Source: Octopus sinensis (lineage: Eukaryota). Taken from it: a stretch of 64,000 nucleotides of DNA. Positions 26,723 through 39,238 of the stretch are shown piece after piece (positions within the stretch are counted from its first letter, which is position 1; every line of letters begins with the position of its first letter). The position numbers and the translations under genes are program-made. The notes beneath the pieces are model-generated. The model saw only the letters and a list, made by a program, of their open reading frames with translations. It was not told where the DNA came from and did no database searches. The stretch spans positions 7,874,001 through 7,938,000 of the forward strand of contig NC_043025.1 of the NCBI RefSeq assembly GCF_006345805.1, in the 5' to 3' direction.

Positions 26723-27597
26723 TTAACCCTTTTGTTACCCTATTTCTATTGAGATGCTCTGTGTTTCTTTCAATTTTAAATATAATAAAGAATTTAATAA
26801 AATAACTTCGTTATCATTAAGCTTGTGTTAGGAACATAAACTGTGACTAAGGTTTGGTGGAAGATTTTAATTCAAAACTTATGAAAACAAGACATTTGTA
26901 CTACAGAACCAGGGGCAGTTTCAGCCAGGTTGGCGTTGAAAGGGTTAAAAATATCATGGTGACTTTAACCCTTTTGTCACCATATTTCTGTTGAGATACT
27001 CTGTGTTTCTTTCAACTAATTTTAAATATAACAAAGAATTTAGTAAAATAACTTAGTTATCATTAAGATAGTGTTAGGAACATAAATTGTGACTAAGGTT
27101 TGGTGGAAATATAAATTCAGAACTTTTGAAAACAAGACATTTGTACAACCGAGCCAGAGGCAGTTTCAGCTGAGCTGGCAGAACTGTTAGTACGCTGGGC
27201 AAAATGCGTAGCCATATTTCATCTGCCACTACGTTCTGAGTTCAAATTCCGCCGAGGTCGACTTTGCCTTTCATCCTTTTGGGGTCGATTAAATAAGTAC
27301 CAGTTACGCACTAGGGTCGATATAATCGACTTAATCCATTTGTCTATCCTTGTTTGTCCCCTCTGTGTTTAGCCCCTTGTGGGTAGTAAAGAAATAGGTA
27401 TTTCGTCTGCTGCTACATTTTGAGTTCAAATTCTGCAGAGGTCGACTTTGCCTTTCATCCTTTCGGGGTCGATTAAATAAGTACCAGTTATGCACTGGGG
27501 TCGATATAATCGACTTAATCCGGCTGTCTGTCCTTGTTTGTCCTCTCTTTGTTTAGCCCCTTGTGGGTAGTAAAGAAATAGGTATCAAAAGGGTTAA
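26723..27597. mobile_element. Two tandem piggyBac-like MITEs, second interrupted by a SINE-B dimer
   Basis: TTAA-CCCTTTTG ... GAAAGGG-TTAA, 16-nt spacer, TTAA-CCCTTTTG ... CAAAAGGG-TTAA. Confidence 0.78.
27172..27580 (+). mobile_element. SINE family B (tRNA head, Deu/Nin-like gcctttcatcctttcggggtcgat core, tail cccctctgtgtttagccccttgtgggtagtaaagaaata)
   Basis: Many copies: approx. 37045-37265-, 38740-38870+, 45484-45715-, 46645-47087-, 47420-47810+, 52015-52238+, 56300-56645+, 63895-64000+. Superfamily label is from recall. Confidence 0.88.
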
Positions 27598-27665
27598 GAA
27601 GGCAAACTGGCAGAATTGTTAGCTTAGTGGCATTTCTTCCAACATTTCATATATATACATATATA

Positions 27666-27929
27666 TATAAAATATTATTAGAGACAAAACCACTATTTTG
27701 CAAAACAAACAAGGAAAGACTTAATCAATACATAAAATTTTAATAAATAGTCAAAAAAACCGCCACTACAATCGTTTCTTGTCTTGATCGACAATCTTCA
27801 GGTGGACTTCCAATAAGAAACGATTGTAGTGGCGGTTTTTTTGACTATTTATTAAAATTTTATGTATTGATTAAGTCTTTCCTTGTTTGTTTTGCAAAAT
27901 AGTGGTTTTGTCTCTAATAATATTTTATA
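27666..27929. repeat. Perfect inverted repeat, ~115-bp arms, 34-nt spacer
   Basis: 27666-27780 is the exact reverse complement of 27815-27929 by eye. Confidence 0.93.
27763..27805 (-). ncRNA. Type I hammerhead ribozyme candidate
   Basis: Minus strand CCAC-CUGAAGA-UUGUC-gaucaa-GACAA-GAAAC-gauu-GUA-GUGG: complete core, 5-bp stem II, 4-bp stem I. Confidence 0.7.
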
Positions 27930-28560
27930 ATATTTTACTATAAAATTGGATTTAATCCTAAATCTGATTTTTTCCCTGTAAATTTGGATTTATTCCCTAA
28001 TATTTATTATTACATATATATATATATATATTCTGTAAAATAAAGAGGCTCCTTAATTGTTGGAAGACCACCATGAATAATAATGGAGGGAATCCCTTAG
28101 AAAATGTCCAGGATTATTCTGCTAACTTTAAGGTATAGGAAGGAGCCCTGTTTCAGGTTCTTTCCTCCTCATCAGAGCAGGCCCAGTCAGACACACCTAT
28201 ATCGCCACTCTCATCCCACCTTTCGTTAAACTAGAAGACATCTCTCTCTCTCTCTGGCCTCACCTTCGTCTTCAAATGATAGATTCTTTTATGTGTTTCA
28301 GTTATTAGGCTGTGGCCATGCTGGGGCACCACCTTGAAGAAATTTAGTCAAACGAATATATTCCAGTACTTATTTCTTTTAAGCCTGGTACTTATTCTAT
28401 CAGTCTCTTTTACTGAACTGTTAAGTTACAGGGACATAAACGTGCCGACACCAGTTGTGAACCAGTGGTGGGGGACAAACAAAGATGCAAATACACACAC
28501 ACATGCACATATACATATATGCATTGACTGATTTGATAAGTGGTACTTACAATTCTGTAA

Positions 28561-28561
<1 letters not shown>

Positions 28562-28600
<39 letters not shown>

Positions 28601-29549
28601 TAATAATAATAATAGTAATAATAATAATAGTAATAATGATAATAATGAAAATGATAATAATAATAATAGTAATAATGATAATAATGAAAATGATAATAAT
28701 AATAATAATAATGATAATAATAATAATAGTAATAATAATAATAGTAATAATGATAATAATGAAAATGATAATAATAATAATAGTAATAATGATAATAATG
28801 AAAATGATAATAATAATAGTAATAATGATAATAATGAAAATGATAATAATAATAGTAATAATGATAATAATGAAAATGATAATAATAATAGTAATAATGA
28901 TAATAATGAAAATGATAATAATAATAGTAATAATGATAATAATGAAAATGATAATAATAATAATAGTAATAATGATAATAATGAAAATGATAATAATAAT
29001 AATAGTAATAATGATAATAATGAAAATGATAATAATAATAATAGTAATAATGATAATAATGAAAATGATAATAATAATAGTAATAATGATAATAATGAAA
29101 ATGATAATAATAATAATAGTAATAATGATAATAATGAAAATGATAATAATAATAGTAATAATGATAATAATGAAAATGATAATAATAATAATAGTAATAA
29201 TGATAATAATGAAAATGATAATAATAATAGTAATAATGATAATAATGAAAATAATAATAATAGTAATGATAATAATGAAAATGATAATAATAATAGTAAT
29301 AATGATAATAATGAAAATGATAATAATAATAATAGTAATAATGATAATAATGAAAATGATAATAATAATAGTAATAATGATAATAATGAAAATGATAATA
29401 ATAATAATAGTAATAATGATAATAATGAAAATGATAATAATAATAGTAATAATGATAATAATGAAAATGATAATAATAATAGTAATAATGATAATAATGA
29501 AAATGATAATAAAGATAATAATAATAATGATAATAATAATAATAATAAT
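28562..29549. repeat. (AAT)n-derived array with a 36/39-bp higher-order unit
   Basis: aatagtaataatgataataatgaaaatgat(aat)n repeated more than 20 times. Confidence 0.97.
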
Positions 29550-30635
29550 GGTTTCAAATTTTTTGAGCAAATCCAGCAATTTTGTGCGAGGGGATAAATC
29601 AATTACATTGACCCCTGTGTTCAATTGGTGCTTATTTTATCGACCTCATCGGGATTTGAACCTGGGACATAAAGATGGATCAAATTAACGATTCTGCCGG
29701 CTTGCTGCCTTAATAATAATAATGATTTCCTTTATTCACCACCAGGGTGATGGATGAGGGGGACTATACAAAGACAGATATAAAGTGTGGGGGGTTTATA
29801 AATAAGGAAATGATAAAATAATTAAACAAGTAGAAAATATAATAAGTATATAGGCGCAGGAGTGGCTGTGTGGTAAGTAGCTTGTTTACCAACCACATGG
29901 TTCCAGGTTCAGTCCCACTGCGTGGCACCTTGGGCAAGTGTCTTCTGCTATAGCCTCGGGCCGACCAAAGCCTTGTGAGTGGATTTGGTAAACGGAAACT
30001 GAAAGAAGCCTGTCGTATATATGTATATATATATATATGTATCTGTGTGTATATGTTTGTGTGTCTGTGTTTGTCCCCCTAGCATTGCTTGACAACCGAT
30101 GCTGGTGTGTTTATGTCCCCGTTATTTAGCGGTTCGGCAAAAAGAGACCGGTAGAATAAGTACTGGGCTTACAAAAAAGAATAAGTCCCAGGGTCGAGTT
30201 TGCTCGATTAAAGGCGGTGCTCCAGCATGGCCGTAGTCAAATGACTGAAACAAGTAAAAGAGTAAAGAGAGTATACAGAATACAGTAAAAAGGAAGGGAA
30301 TTATGTATAGTATAACAAAAGTAAAATACTAATAAAAATAATAGGATTAGGGGTCAGTCAGTGGCTACCTTGTAAAAGAAAAGGGACCCCAGGAAAACTG
30401 AGCAGATATGAAATCCTGAAAATAGTCCTTAACGGCATGGGTCGTAATCTACAAAAAGCGTGTCTGGTCATGAGGTAATATTATCTGACTTGGAAACTGG
30501 TAAGGGTTGGTGAAAGGAAAGGCACCCGGCTGTACGAAGAAAAAAAACAAAAAAAACAAGGACAAATTCTGTCTGGCTGGCTTGTGGAGGCATGGGGAAA
30601 GCGGATGCTGAATTAATGATGACAACGACGACGAC

Positions 30636-30667
<32 letters not shown>

Positions 30668-30949
30668 CCATGATGAAAAGGATGACGATGATGATGAAGA
30701 TGATGATGATGATGCTGCTGATACGCGAGATAGAGAAGAGTCACGGAAACCGCTCGACAGCAACAGTAACCATAGCAACAGCAGCAACAACAACAACTGT
30801 AAAAGTAACCATGAACAAAAACAACAACAACAACAACACCGACAATATGATTTTTCGCAATTTACGATTTGTGTTAGCTTTTTTTTTTTTTTTGTCTTTC
30901 TTAGGCGTAAACATATATGTATGTATGTATATTTATATATATATTTAAG

Positions 30950-31462
30950 GGTTTATATATATATGTGTGTGTGTGTGTCTGTGTGTGCCTGTGGTGTGTG
31001 TTTATAAACGTATGTGGTATATATATATATCTGTGGCTGTGTGCGAATTATTGTGTGTGAACAGCTTTTTGTGTAAACAATTTTGTAAGAATTTAGATGT
31101 GTACCAGCATATATATGCGTATATATATATATATATATACATACATATATGCGTATATATATACACACACACATACATAGGTATATATGTGTTTGAATGT
31201 ACGTATGTATATATGTATAAATATATATGCATTAATATATGTATATATACATATTACATTTGAGTGTGTGTGTGTGTATATATGCATGCATATATATATA
31301 TATATATATATACATACATACATACACACTCACACATATATGAATTCATATGTATCTAAATACATATATGTAAATATATACATGTAAGTATATATATGTA
31401 TATATACATACATATAGACAATATGTATATATGTGTGTGTGTATATATATATATATATGAAC

Positions 31463-31494
<32 letters not shown>

Positions 31495-31627
31495 TATATG
31501 AACGTGTATATATATATGTATATATATATATATATGAACGTGTATATATATATGAACATATATATATATATAATATGTATATATATATATATATATATAT
31601 ATGAACGTGTATATATATATATGAACG

Positions 31628-31675
<48 letters not shown>

Positions 31676-31682
31676 CGTGTGT

Positions 31683-31714
<32 letters not shown>

Positions 31715-31965
31715 CATACATATATATATATATGAATGTGTATGTGTATATATATATATCTGTATGTATAGAATAAGTAGATATGCTGAGAATTTTTATG
31801 TTCTTCATTTGAACTCATCAGAGCTTCCAGCATACAGAACTCTTTATTTAGTTTGTGGTTTCCTTTGGCAAAATCAAAGAGCAATCTGGAGACACACACA
31901 CCCACCCACACACGTGTATATATATATACATATATCTCTGTGTGTGTGTGTATATATATATATGT

Positions 31966-31998
<33 letters not shown>

Positions 31999-32008
31999 TA
32001 TATATATG

Positions 32009-32053
<45 letters not shown>

Positions 32054-32311
32054 GTTATATATATATATGTATATATATATATATGTATATATATATATGT
32101 ATATATATATATGTATATATATATATATGTATATATATATATGTATATATATATGTATATATATGTATATATATATGTGTATGTATATATATATGTATAT
32201 ATATATATATGTATATATATATATGTATATATATGTGTATATATATATATGTATATATATGTGTATATATATATGTATATATATATATATGTGTATATAT
32301 ATATATGTATA

Positions 32312-32347
<36 letters not shown>

Positions 32348-32750
32348 AATATATATATATGTGTATATATATATATGTGTATGTATATATGTGTGTGTAT
32401 ATCTATGCATATATAGATTTATATATACGCACATACATACATATACTTATAAACATTTGTATGTATGAAGGCATGTATATAGATATATGTACATGTGTAT
32501 TTTTACTAGTATGTATGCATATCTATCTATATATATTTATATATGTGTATGTATGTATGTGTGTGCGCGTGTATATACATATATGTGTGTGTGTGTATTT
32601 GTGTATCTATCTATCCATCTATCTACATATGTATACATATACATACATATATCTATGTATGTATCTATCTAGATATATATTATGTTTTAATCACAAATGT
32701 ATATATATATATGAACATGTATATATATATATATATATATAGGCGGTGCT
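30950..32750. repeat. (TA)n/(TATG)n microsatellite field
   Basis: Direct reading. Confidence 0.95.
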
Positions 32751-34020
32751 CCAGCATGGCCACAGTCAAATGACTGAAACAAGTAAAAAAAAAAATATAT
32801 ATATATAATCAGCCGCTTCAGTCTTCTACTGTTTCATATTCCCAATCTCTCTCCTTTTCTTCTCTCTCCTTTTCTTCTCTCTCCTGTTCTTCTTTCTCTC
32901 TCTTTCTCTCTTTCTCTCCTTCTTTGCACTATCTTATCTTCCTTCTTTCCTTCCTTCCTTCCTTCCTTCGTCTCTCTATTTGCTGCTAACAAGATATTTA
33001 ACAACGGCAATAACCACTCCCCAATCAATCAATAATTAAGCGTTTAATTAAACCAGCAATTCTAGATATAATTGATTAAAAACTTATATATAAACAAAGA
33101 AAAACTTCAGACAAAAAAAAAACATTTAATATTATTTATAAAAAAAAAAATATTGCCCCACTCCCCCCACATCAATCTTTCACAAAAATATTAATTAAAA
33201 ATGATAACAATAAAAAATAACTTCGTCAATAAAATATCAACTACAGGTGTTTGTTTTTTTTTGTTTTTTACAATTATCTGTTTATTGTCATATGTACAGG
33301 TGTGGCTGTGTGGTAAGAAATTTGCTTACTAACCATATGGTTCTAGGTTCAGCCCTACTGTGTGATGTACCTTGGGCAAGTGTTTTCTGCCATAACCTTG
33401 GGTCAACCAATGCTTTGTGAGTGGATTTGGTAGACAGAAACTGAAAGAAGCCTGCCGTATATGCATCTTGTATACATACGTGTATATGGAGTGGCTGTGT
33501 GGTAAGTAGCTTGTTTACCAACCACATGGTTCTGGGTTCAGTCCCACTGCATGGTACCTTGGGCAAGTGTCTTCTACTATAGACTCGGGCCGACCAATGC
33601 CTTGTGAGTGGATTTGGTAGACGGAAACTGAAAGAAGCCTGTCGTATATGCATCTTGTATACATACATATATAGGCGCAGGAGTGGCTGTGTGGTAAGTA
33701 GCTTGCTAACCAACCACCTGGTTCCAGGTTCAGTCCCACTACGTGGCATCTTGGGCAAGTGTCTTCTGCTATATCCCCGGGCCGACCAATGCCTTGTGAG
33801 TGGATTTGGTAGACGGAAACTGAAAGAAGCCTGTCGTATATATGTATATATATATGTGTGTGTGTTTGTGTGTCTGTGTTTGTCCCCCTAGAATTGCTTG
33901 ACAACCGATGCTGGTGTGTTTACGTTCCCGTCACTTAGCTGTTAGGCAAAAGAGACCGATAGAATAAGTACTGGGCTTACAAAAGAATAAGTCCTGGGGT
34001 CGAGTTGCTCGATTAAAGGT

Positions 34021-34238
34021 AAAGATTTCAATTCCTTGGATGACGTAAAAAGATACATTGATGAATTCTTTGCCATAAAACCACTTCAATTCTTGGAAGA
34101 GGGTATTTTCAAGTTAAAGGAAAGATGGAGACGCATTGTGCAACAAAATGGTTCATATTTGGTTGATTAAATGTCAAGTATGTATTGACCCTTTTCTTTC
34201 CTTTAAAAATCGGCACGCACTTTCCGAACAACCCAATA
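34021..34238 (+). pseudogene. Mariner transposase 3' end plus right TIR
   Basis: KDFNSLDDVKRYIDEFFAIKPLQFLEEGIFKLKERWRRIVQQNGSYLVD*, then cggcacgcactttccgaacaacccaaTA. Confidence 0.85.
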
Positions 34239-36187
34239 GTTTAGAATTGTAGCAGATTCGAAGCCGAATCACTAGATAGCTGAGTAGACATCACGACCTA
34301 GCCACAGTAGTTTTACGCGATCGGCCGATTAAATGACCACTCAGCTTCAAGCCATTGTGTGATTCGACTTTCAAGAACTCCCTCATCAGGTCTTGTATAA
34401 AGGTGGTTTTGGACGGCAGTTCCACAACATTGAGACCGCCGCTTGACGTCTCCATTGTCATTCACCACCAGATGGAAGACAGAATGATTTGTCGCCGTGA
34501 ATATTGCGCGATTGTTTTCCAGTTGTGCTGGGCCAGTCACAGATTGCTATATCTGTTAATTGTCGTGGAGTATGTCCCTTCTGGTGTGTCGTTGCCGTAC
34601 ACTATGTACGGCGAATAAAACTTCCGTTAAATACTCTTTTACTTGTTTCAGTCATTTGACTGCGGCCATGCTGGAGCACCGCCTTTAATCGAGCAACTCG
34701 ACCCCGGGACTTATTCTGTCGGTCTCTTTTGCCGAACCGTTAAGTAACAGGGACGTAAACACACCAGCATCGGTTGTCAAGCAATGCTAGGGGGACAAAC
34801 ACAGACACACAAACATACATGCACACACACACACACATATATATATATATACATACATATATACGACGGGCTTCTTTCAGTTTCCGTCTACCAAATCCAC
34901 TCACAAGGCTTTGGTCGGCCCAAGGCTATAGTAGAAGACACTTGCCCAAGGTGCCACGCAGTGGGACTGAACCCGGAACCATGTGGTTGGTAAGCAAGCT
35001 ACTTACCACACAGCCACTCCTGCGCCTGAATGTTCAAGAATATTGTTAGTTAACGGGAAGGTTTACGAAAATAAACAAAAGACGAAGGCAGGTGGAGTAC
35101 AAACAAACAAATGTATTAGTATAGCGCTCAGGAATAGAAACAGAAGAAGTCTTTTACGTTTCGAGCCTACGCTCTTCGACAGAAAGATACACAGAAAAGA
35201 AACAAGGAGAGAAAAAAATGCATGTAGGAGCTAACGATCTATCATGGCGTCCTGACTTCGGACAGTGGTCAGACGCTAGAAGGACAGTAGGGGAGATAAC
35301 AGTTACTTCTCCATGCAGCCCTAGAAATATATTCCCATTTTCGGGCAGCAAACCACCACCTGTTACAAAGTCATATCCAAGACTCAGAAGGATGTCTGGA
35401 GGACACTTAATTACACTGTATAACACAATTTTTTTCCCTGAGTAGCAACTGCTATTTTCTGTTTGCTTACCCCCTAGAAAGTATGACAAATACTCTCTTT
35501 TACTCTTTTACTTGTTTCAGTCATTTGACTGCAGCCATGCTGGAGTACCGCCTTTAGTTGAGCAACTCGACCCCGGGACTTATTCTTTTGTAAGCCCAGT
35601 ACTTATTCTATCGGTCTCTTTTGCCGAACTGCTAAGTAACGGGGACATAAACACACCAGCATCGGTTGTCAAGCAATGCTAGGGGGACAAACACACACGC
35701 ATATATTTATATATATATATATATACACGACGGGCTTCTTTTCAGTTTCCGTCTACCAAATCCACTCACAAGGCTTTGGTCGGCCCGAGGCTATAGTACA
35801 AGACACTTCCTCAAGGTGCCACGCAGTGGGACTGAACCCGGAACCATGTGGTTGGTAAACAAGCTATTTACCACACAGCCACTCCTACGCCTATAGCTAA
35901 ATAGCTAATATTTCTTTCCCTAAGGGACATGTTCAAGTGGTTACGGTCAAGCGATCGACAAGCAAATCTGTGGTGTTGAGAAGATTTCTTTGGGGTTTGG
36001 ATAATTCACATTTGGAAACATGGTCAACATCTGTTATGTGTAGTTCTATTCTTGATGGATGATAGACAACTCAAATGAAGGCATTGTTATTGTTTTACGT
36101 GTTTATTTACCTTACATGTTACACGAACTGTCAACATTCGGCGTAGTAATACATATATACTTTAGACACAGTTCGTACTGTTTACTA

Positions 36188-36545
36188 GTGGAGGCGCAAT
36201 TGCCCAGTGGTTAGGGCAGCGGACTCGCAGTTTTGATTCCCAGACCGGGCGTTGTGAGTGTTTATTGAGTGAAAACACCTAAAAAGCTCCACGAGGCTCC
36301 GGTAGGGGATGGTGGTGATCCCTGCTGTACTCTTTCACCACAACTTTCTCTCACTCTTACTTCCTGTTTCTGTTGTACCTGTATTTCAAAGGGCCGGCCT
36401 TGTCACTCTCTGTGTCACGCTGAATATCCCCGAGAACTACGTTAAGGGTACACATGTCTGTGGAGTGCTCAGCCACTTACACGTTAATTTCACGAGCAGG
36501 CTGTTCCGTTGATTCAGATCAGCCGGAACCCTCGACGGAGTGCTT
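36188..36545 (+). mobile_element. SINE family C (gtggaggcgcaatggcccagtggttagggcagcgg head); also 49497-50105 (head duplicated) and 63000-63222-
   Basis: A box and B box; homologous copies. Confidence 0.85.
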
Positions 36546-36898
36546 CCATCCCACTGTTTACTAAGAAAATAGTGTCAAAAGTGAGGATGTATTCTACACA
36601 CGTATACCTACGTATACACATAGATATGAATGTGTAACAACATCCTTAAACATCCTTCGGTCACCATCAGGGATCCTTTGAGCAGGATGGGTTACTCGAC
36701 CGGAAAAAATTACAACTGGGCCCCACCTGCAAGGTCATGTGCTGTTTATCTTGATATGAGATCACCATGTCGCGCACATATGGTTGTGATGCATGTGCCT
36801 GGTGTACCCTTATCAGACGGGTAGTCATGATAGGTATACTGGGCTTCGTATATTTTACCCCAGTGTCACTTTGATGGCATGAACTGCTCTCACATTCA

Positions 36899-36929
<31 letters not shown>

Positions 36930-37424
36930 CACTACATTACAATGACACTCTTCTTTTAATTTCGACTCCAGATCTTCAGGAGGAAATAACTCAATCCTTT
37001 CTATATTAACCAAAATGAAGTAGATTGACAAAATTATTTTTTGAACCTGTTGAAGATACACAAAGGGGCTAAACACAGAGAGGACAGACAAAGGGATTAA
37101 GTCGATTATATCAACCCCAGTGCATAACTGGTACTTATTTAATTGACCCCGAAAGGATAAAAGGTAAAGTCGACCTCGGCGGAATTTGAACTCAAAACAT
37201 AAAGTCAGACGAAATACCGCTAAGCATTTCGCCCGACGTGCTAACGTTTCTGCCAGCTCGCCGCCTCAAGATGTCGAAATATCGTTCACTAGATAACAAT
37301 GGAACTCTTCTTTTAATTTTGACTCTATATCTTCAGGAAGAATTACTTCAATCCTTTATATATTAATAATAATAAAATTAATAATAAATCTCTGAACGAG
37401 ATATAAACAGTAACTGCACGACAA

Positions 37425-37867
37425 TGTGAGGTATATTTGCCATCTCAATATGGCTAACCACTAAGGGTGGGTGTTACTGTAGCTTGTAGCCCCAGGAGAG
37501 CATCGTCTCCAGCTGGCTTTAGGCACACTTTCTGTGCACTTATGGTATTTGCAAAGGGAGGTCATCCTTCCCTCGTCAACCTAAGTGATACGCACGGACT
37601 GCAGTTTCTAGGTCTTGATCTGTCTTCAGCGTACGACAATCACGGTTTTCGATGAAAGGGGTCCCAATGCAAATACTTATATCATTTTTCCAGTAACTTT
37701 CCGTCACTTAGGTTGACGAGGGAAGGATGACCTCCCTTTGCAAATACCATAAGAGCACAGAAAGTGTGCCTAAAGCCAGCTGGAGACGATGTTCTCCTGG
37801 GGCTACAAGCTACAGTAACACCCACCCTTAGTGGTTAGCCATATTGAGATGGCAAATATACCTCACA
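37425..37867. repeat. Inverted repeat, ~164-bp arms (about 2 mismatches), 115-nt spacer
   Basis: 37425-37588 vs 37704-37867. Confidence 0.92.
37591..37635 (-). ncRNA. Type I hammerhead candidate with eroded stem II
   Basis: Minus strand CGUACG-CUGAAGA-cagaucaagaccua-GAAAC-ugca-GUC-CGUGCG; 6-bp stem I, palindromic ACUGCAGU stem III. Confidence 0.55.
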
Positions 37868-38045
37868 ATAATAAAATTTTCTTACACAAATTCAAATTAC
37901 GGAAACAAACAAACGAAGGTTGCTTTAGAAGCGTTGAGATGTCTTAGAAAGTTAAAGAAGTGATTTTAAATTCTCAAACGCAGGATAATGCTAATAATAT
38001 AGCCTGAACAGGATAAGCTACCCCTAGTTTGAAGAAAAAAGTGTT

Positions 38046-38126
38046 GCCGGTCGGTTATGAGACTCGAACTCGTACCTCCGTGTTTACGCGTCGCGGGGCT
38101 CTGAACTAATTAAGCTAAAGCGCCCA
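38046..38126 (-). pseudogene. tRNA-like sequence (pseudo-tRNA or SINE head); partial second copy 41245-41305
   Basis: Minus strand GGGCGCTTTAGCTTAATTAGTTCAGAGC...GAGTTCGAGTCTC; A and B boxes and T arm present, acceptor and anticodon stems broken. Confidence 0.5.
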
Positions 38127-38559
38127 CACTACGAATTCTTCCCCAAATTTAAGATATATAGGAGTCTCGCTTTATGAGTAGGGCTCGCAAAAAACCGATA
38201 ATTCCCCCAAACCGAGTTTAAGTATAAGTAATTCTCAAAATCGGTTAAAAACCGGTTTTCGCGGATTTAGAGCCGTGGTGTCCCTGTAACGAAGAAGTTT
38301 GTCATATATTGTATTTTGTTTATATACATACAAGTAAGTAGCTTGCTAACCAACCACATGGTTCCGGGTTCAGTCCCACTGCGTGGCATGTTGGGCAAGT
38401 GTCTTCTGCTATAGCCCCGGGCCGACCAAAGCCTTGTGAGTGGATTTGGTAGACGGAAACTGAAAGAAGCCTGTCGTATATATGTAGATATATGTATGTG
38501 TGTGTGTTTGTGTGTCTGTGTTTGTCCCCCTAGCATTATAAAGTTAATCCAAACAAGAA

Positions 38560-38735
38560 AGCACAAAAAAACACAACAACGCGAGGACGTGGAACAAATA
38601 TAGTATTATTGGACGCTCAGGAAAGAAGGAGGGTTTAACGTTTCGAGCGGAGCTCTTCGTCGGAAACATAGGAGAAGGAAAGATCCAGAGAAGGGAAGAC
38701 AGAGGGAAAAAATCGCCAACGGTACACAAACCGGA
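38560..38735 (-). mobile_element. ~190-bp repeat carrying a hammerhead-like motif (second copy 54095-54290+)
   Basis: Near-identical copies in opposite orientation. Confidence 0.8.
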
Positions 38736-39238
38736 TTCCGCCGAGGTCAACTTTGCCTTTCATCCTTTCGGGGTCGATAAATTAAGTACCAGTTATGCAT
38801 TGGGGTCGATGTAATTGACTTAATCCCTTTGTCTGTCCTTGTTTGTCCCCCTTGTGGGTAGTAAAGAAATATATATATATATATATAAAACCGGTTTCGA
38901 GGACTAATTATGAGACATCGTACTCTTTTGAGTACTATTCAAGGTTTTGTTTGGAAAATGAGAGTCGTACGAATTTGAACCATCGATCTTTCGGATTGAG
39001 CAATACTAAGTAATATTGTATTGTAAGTAAAAAGAAACAGAATGAAAATTGAACCATCCCAAATAATGGACTATTCGAAGTATTTGTGATTATACAAAGC
39101 CAGATTGAATTCTTTTGGAGCGGTGTTGTTGTTGTGGAAATTCTGAACGGCGTTGACGCGGTTTCGCGTTTCGCTCGTTCGGCGCGTTAAACTTTTTTCT
39201 GTTTTGGCGGCCGTTTTCGGTCTGTCAGACAGAAGGAA

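Noticed and set aside
28140-28180. CTGATGA...GAAAC on the minus strand
   Set aside because: Stems I and II do not pair and there is no valid NUH; at best a decayed remnant
34250-34620. Short ORFs and a CTGATGA...GAAA motif
   Set aside because: No recognisable protein motif or splice structure; hammerhead stems fail
36950-37365. ~60-bp direct repeat with CTGAAGA flanking a SINE-B
   Set aside because: No stem II or cleavage triplet; looks like a local duplication around the insertion
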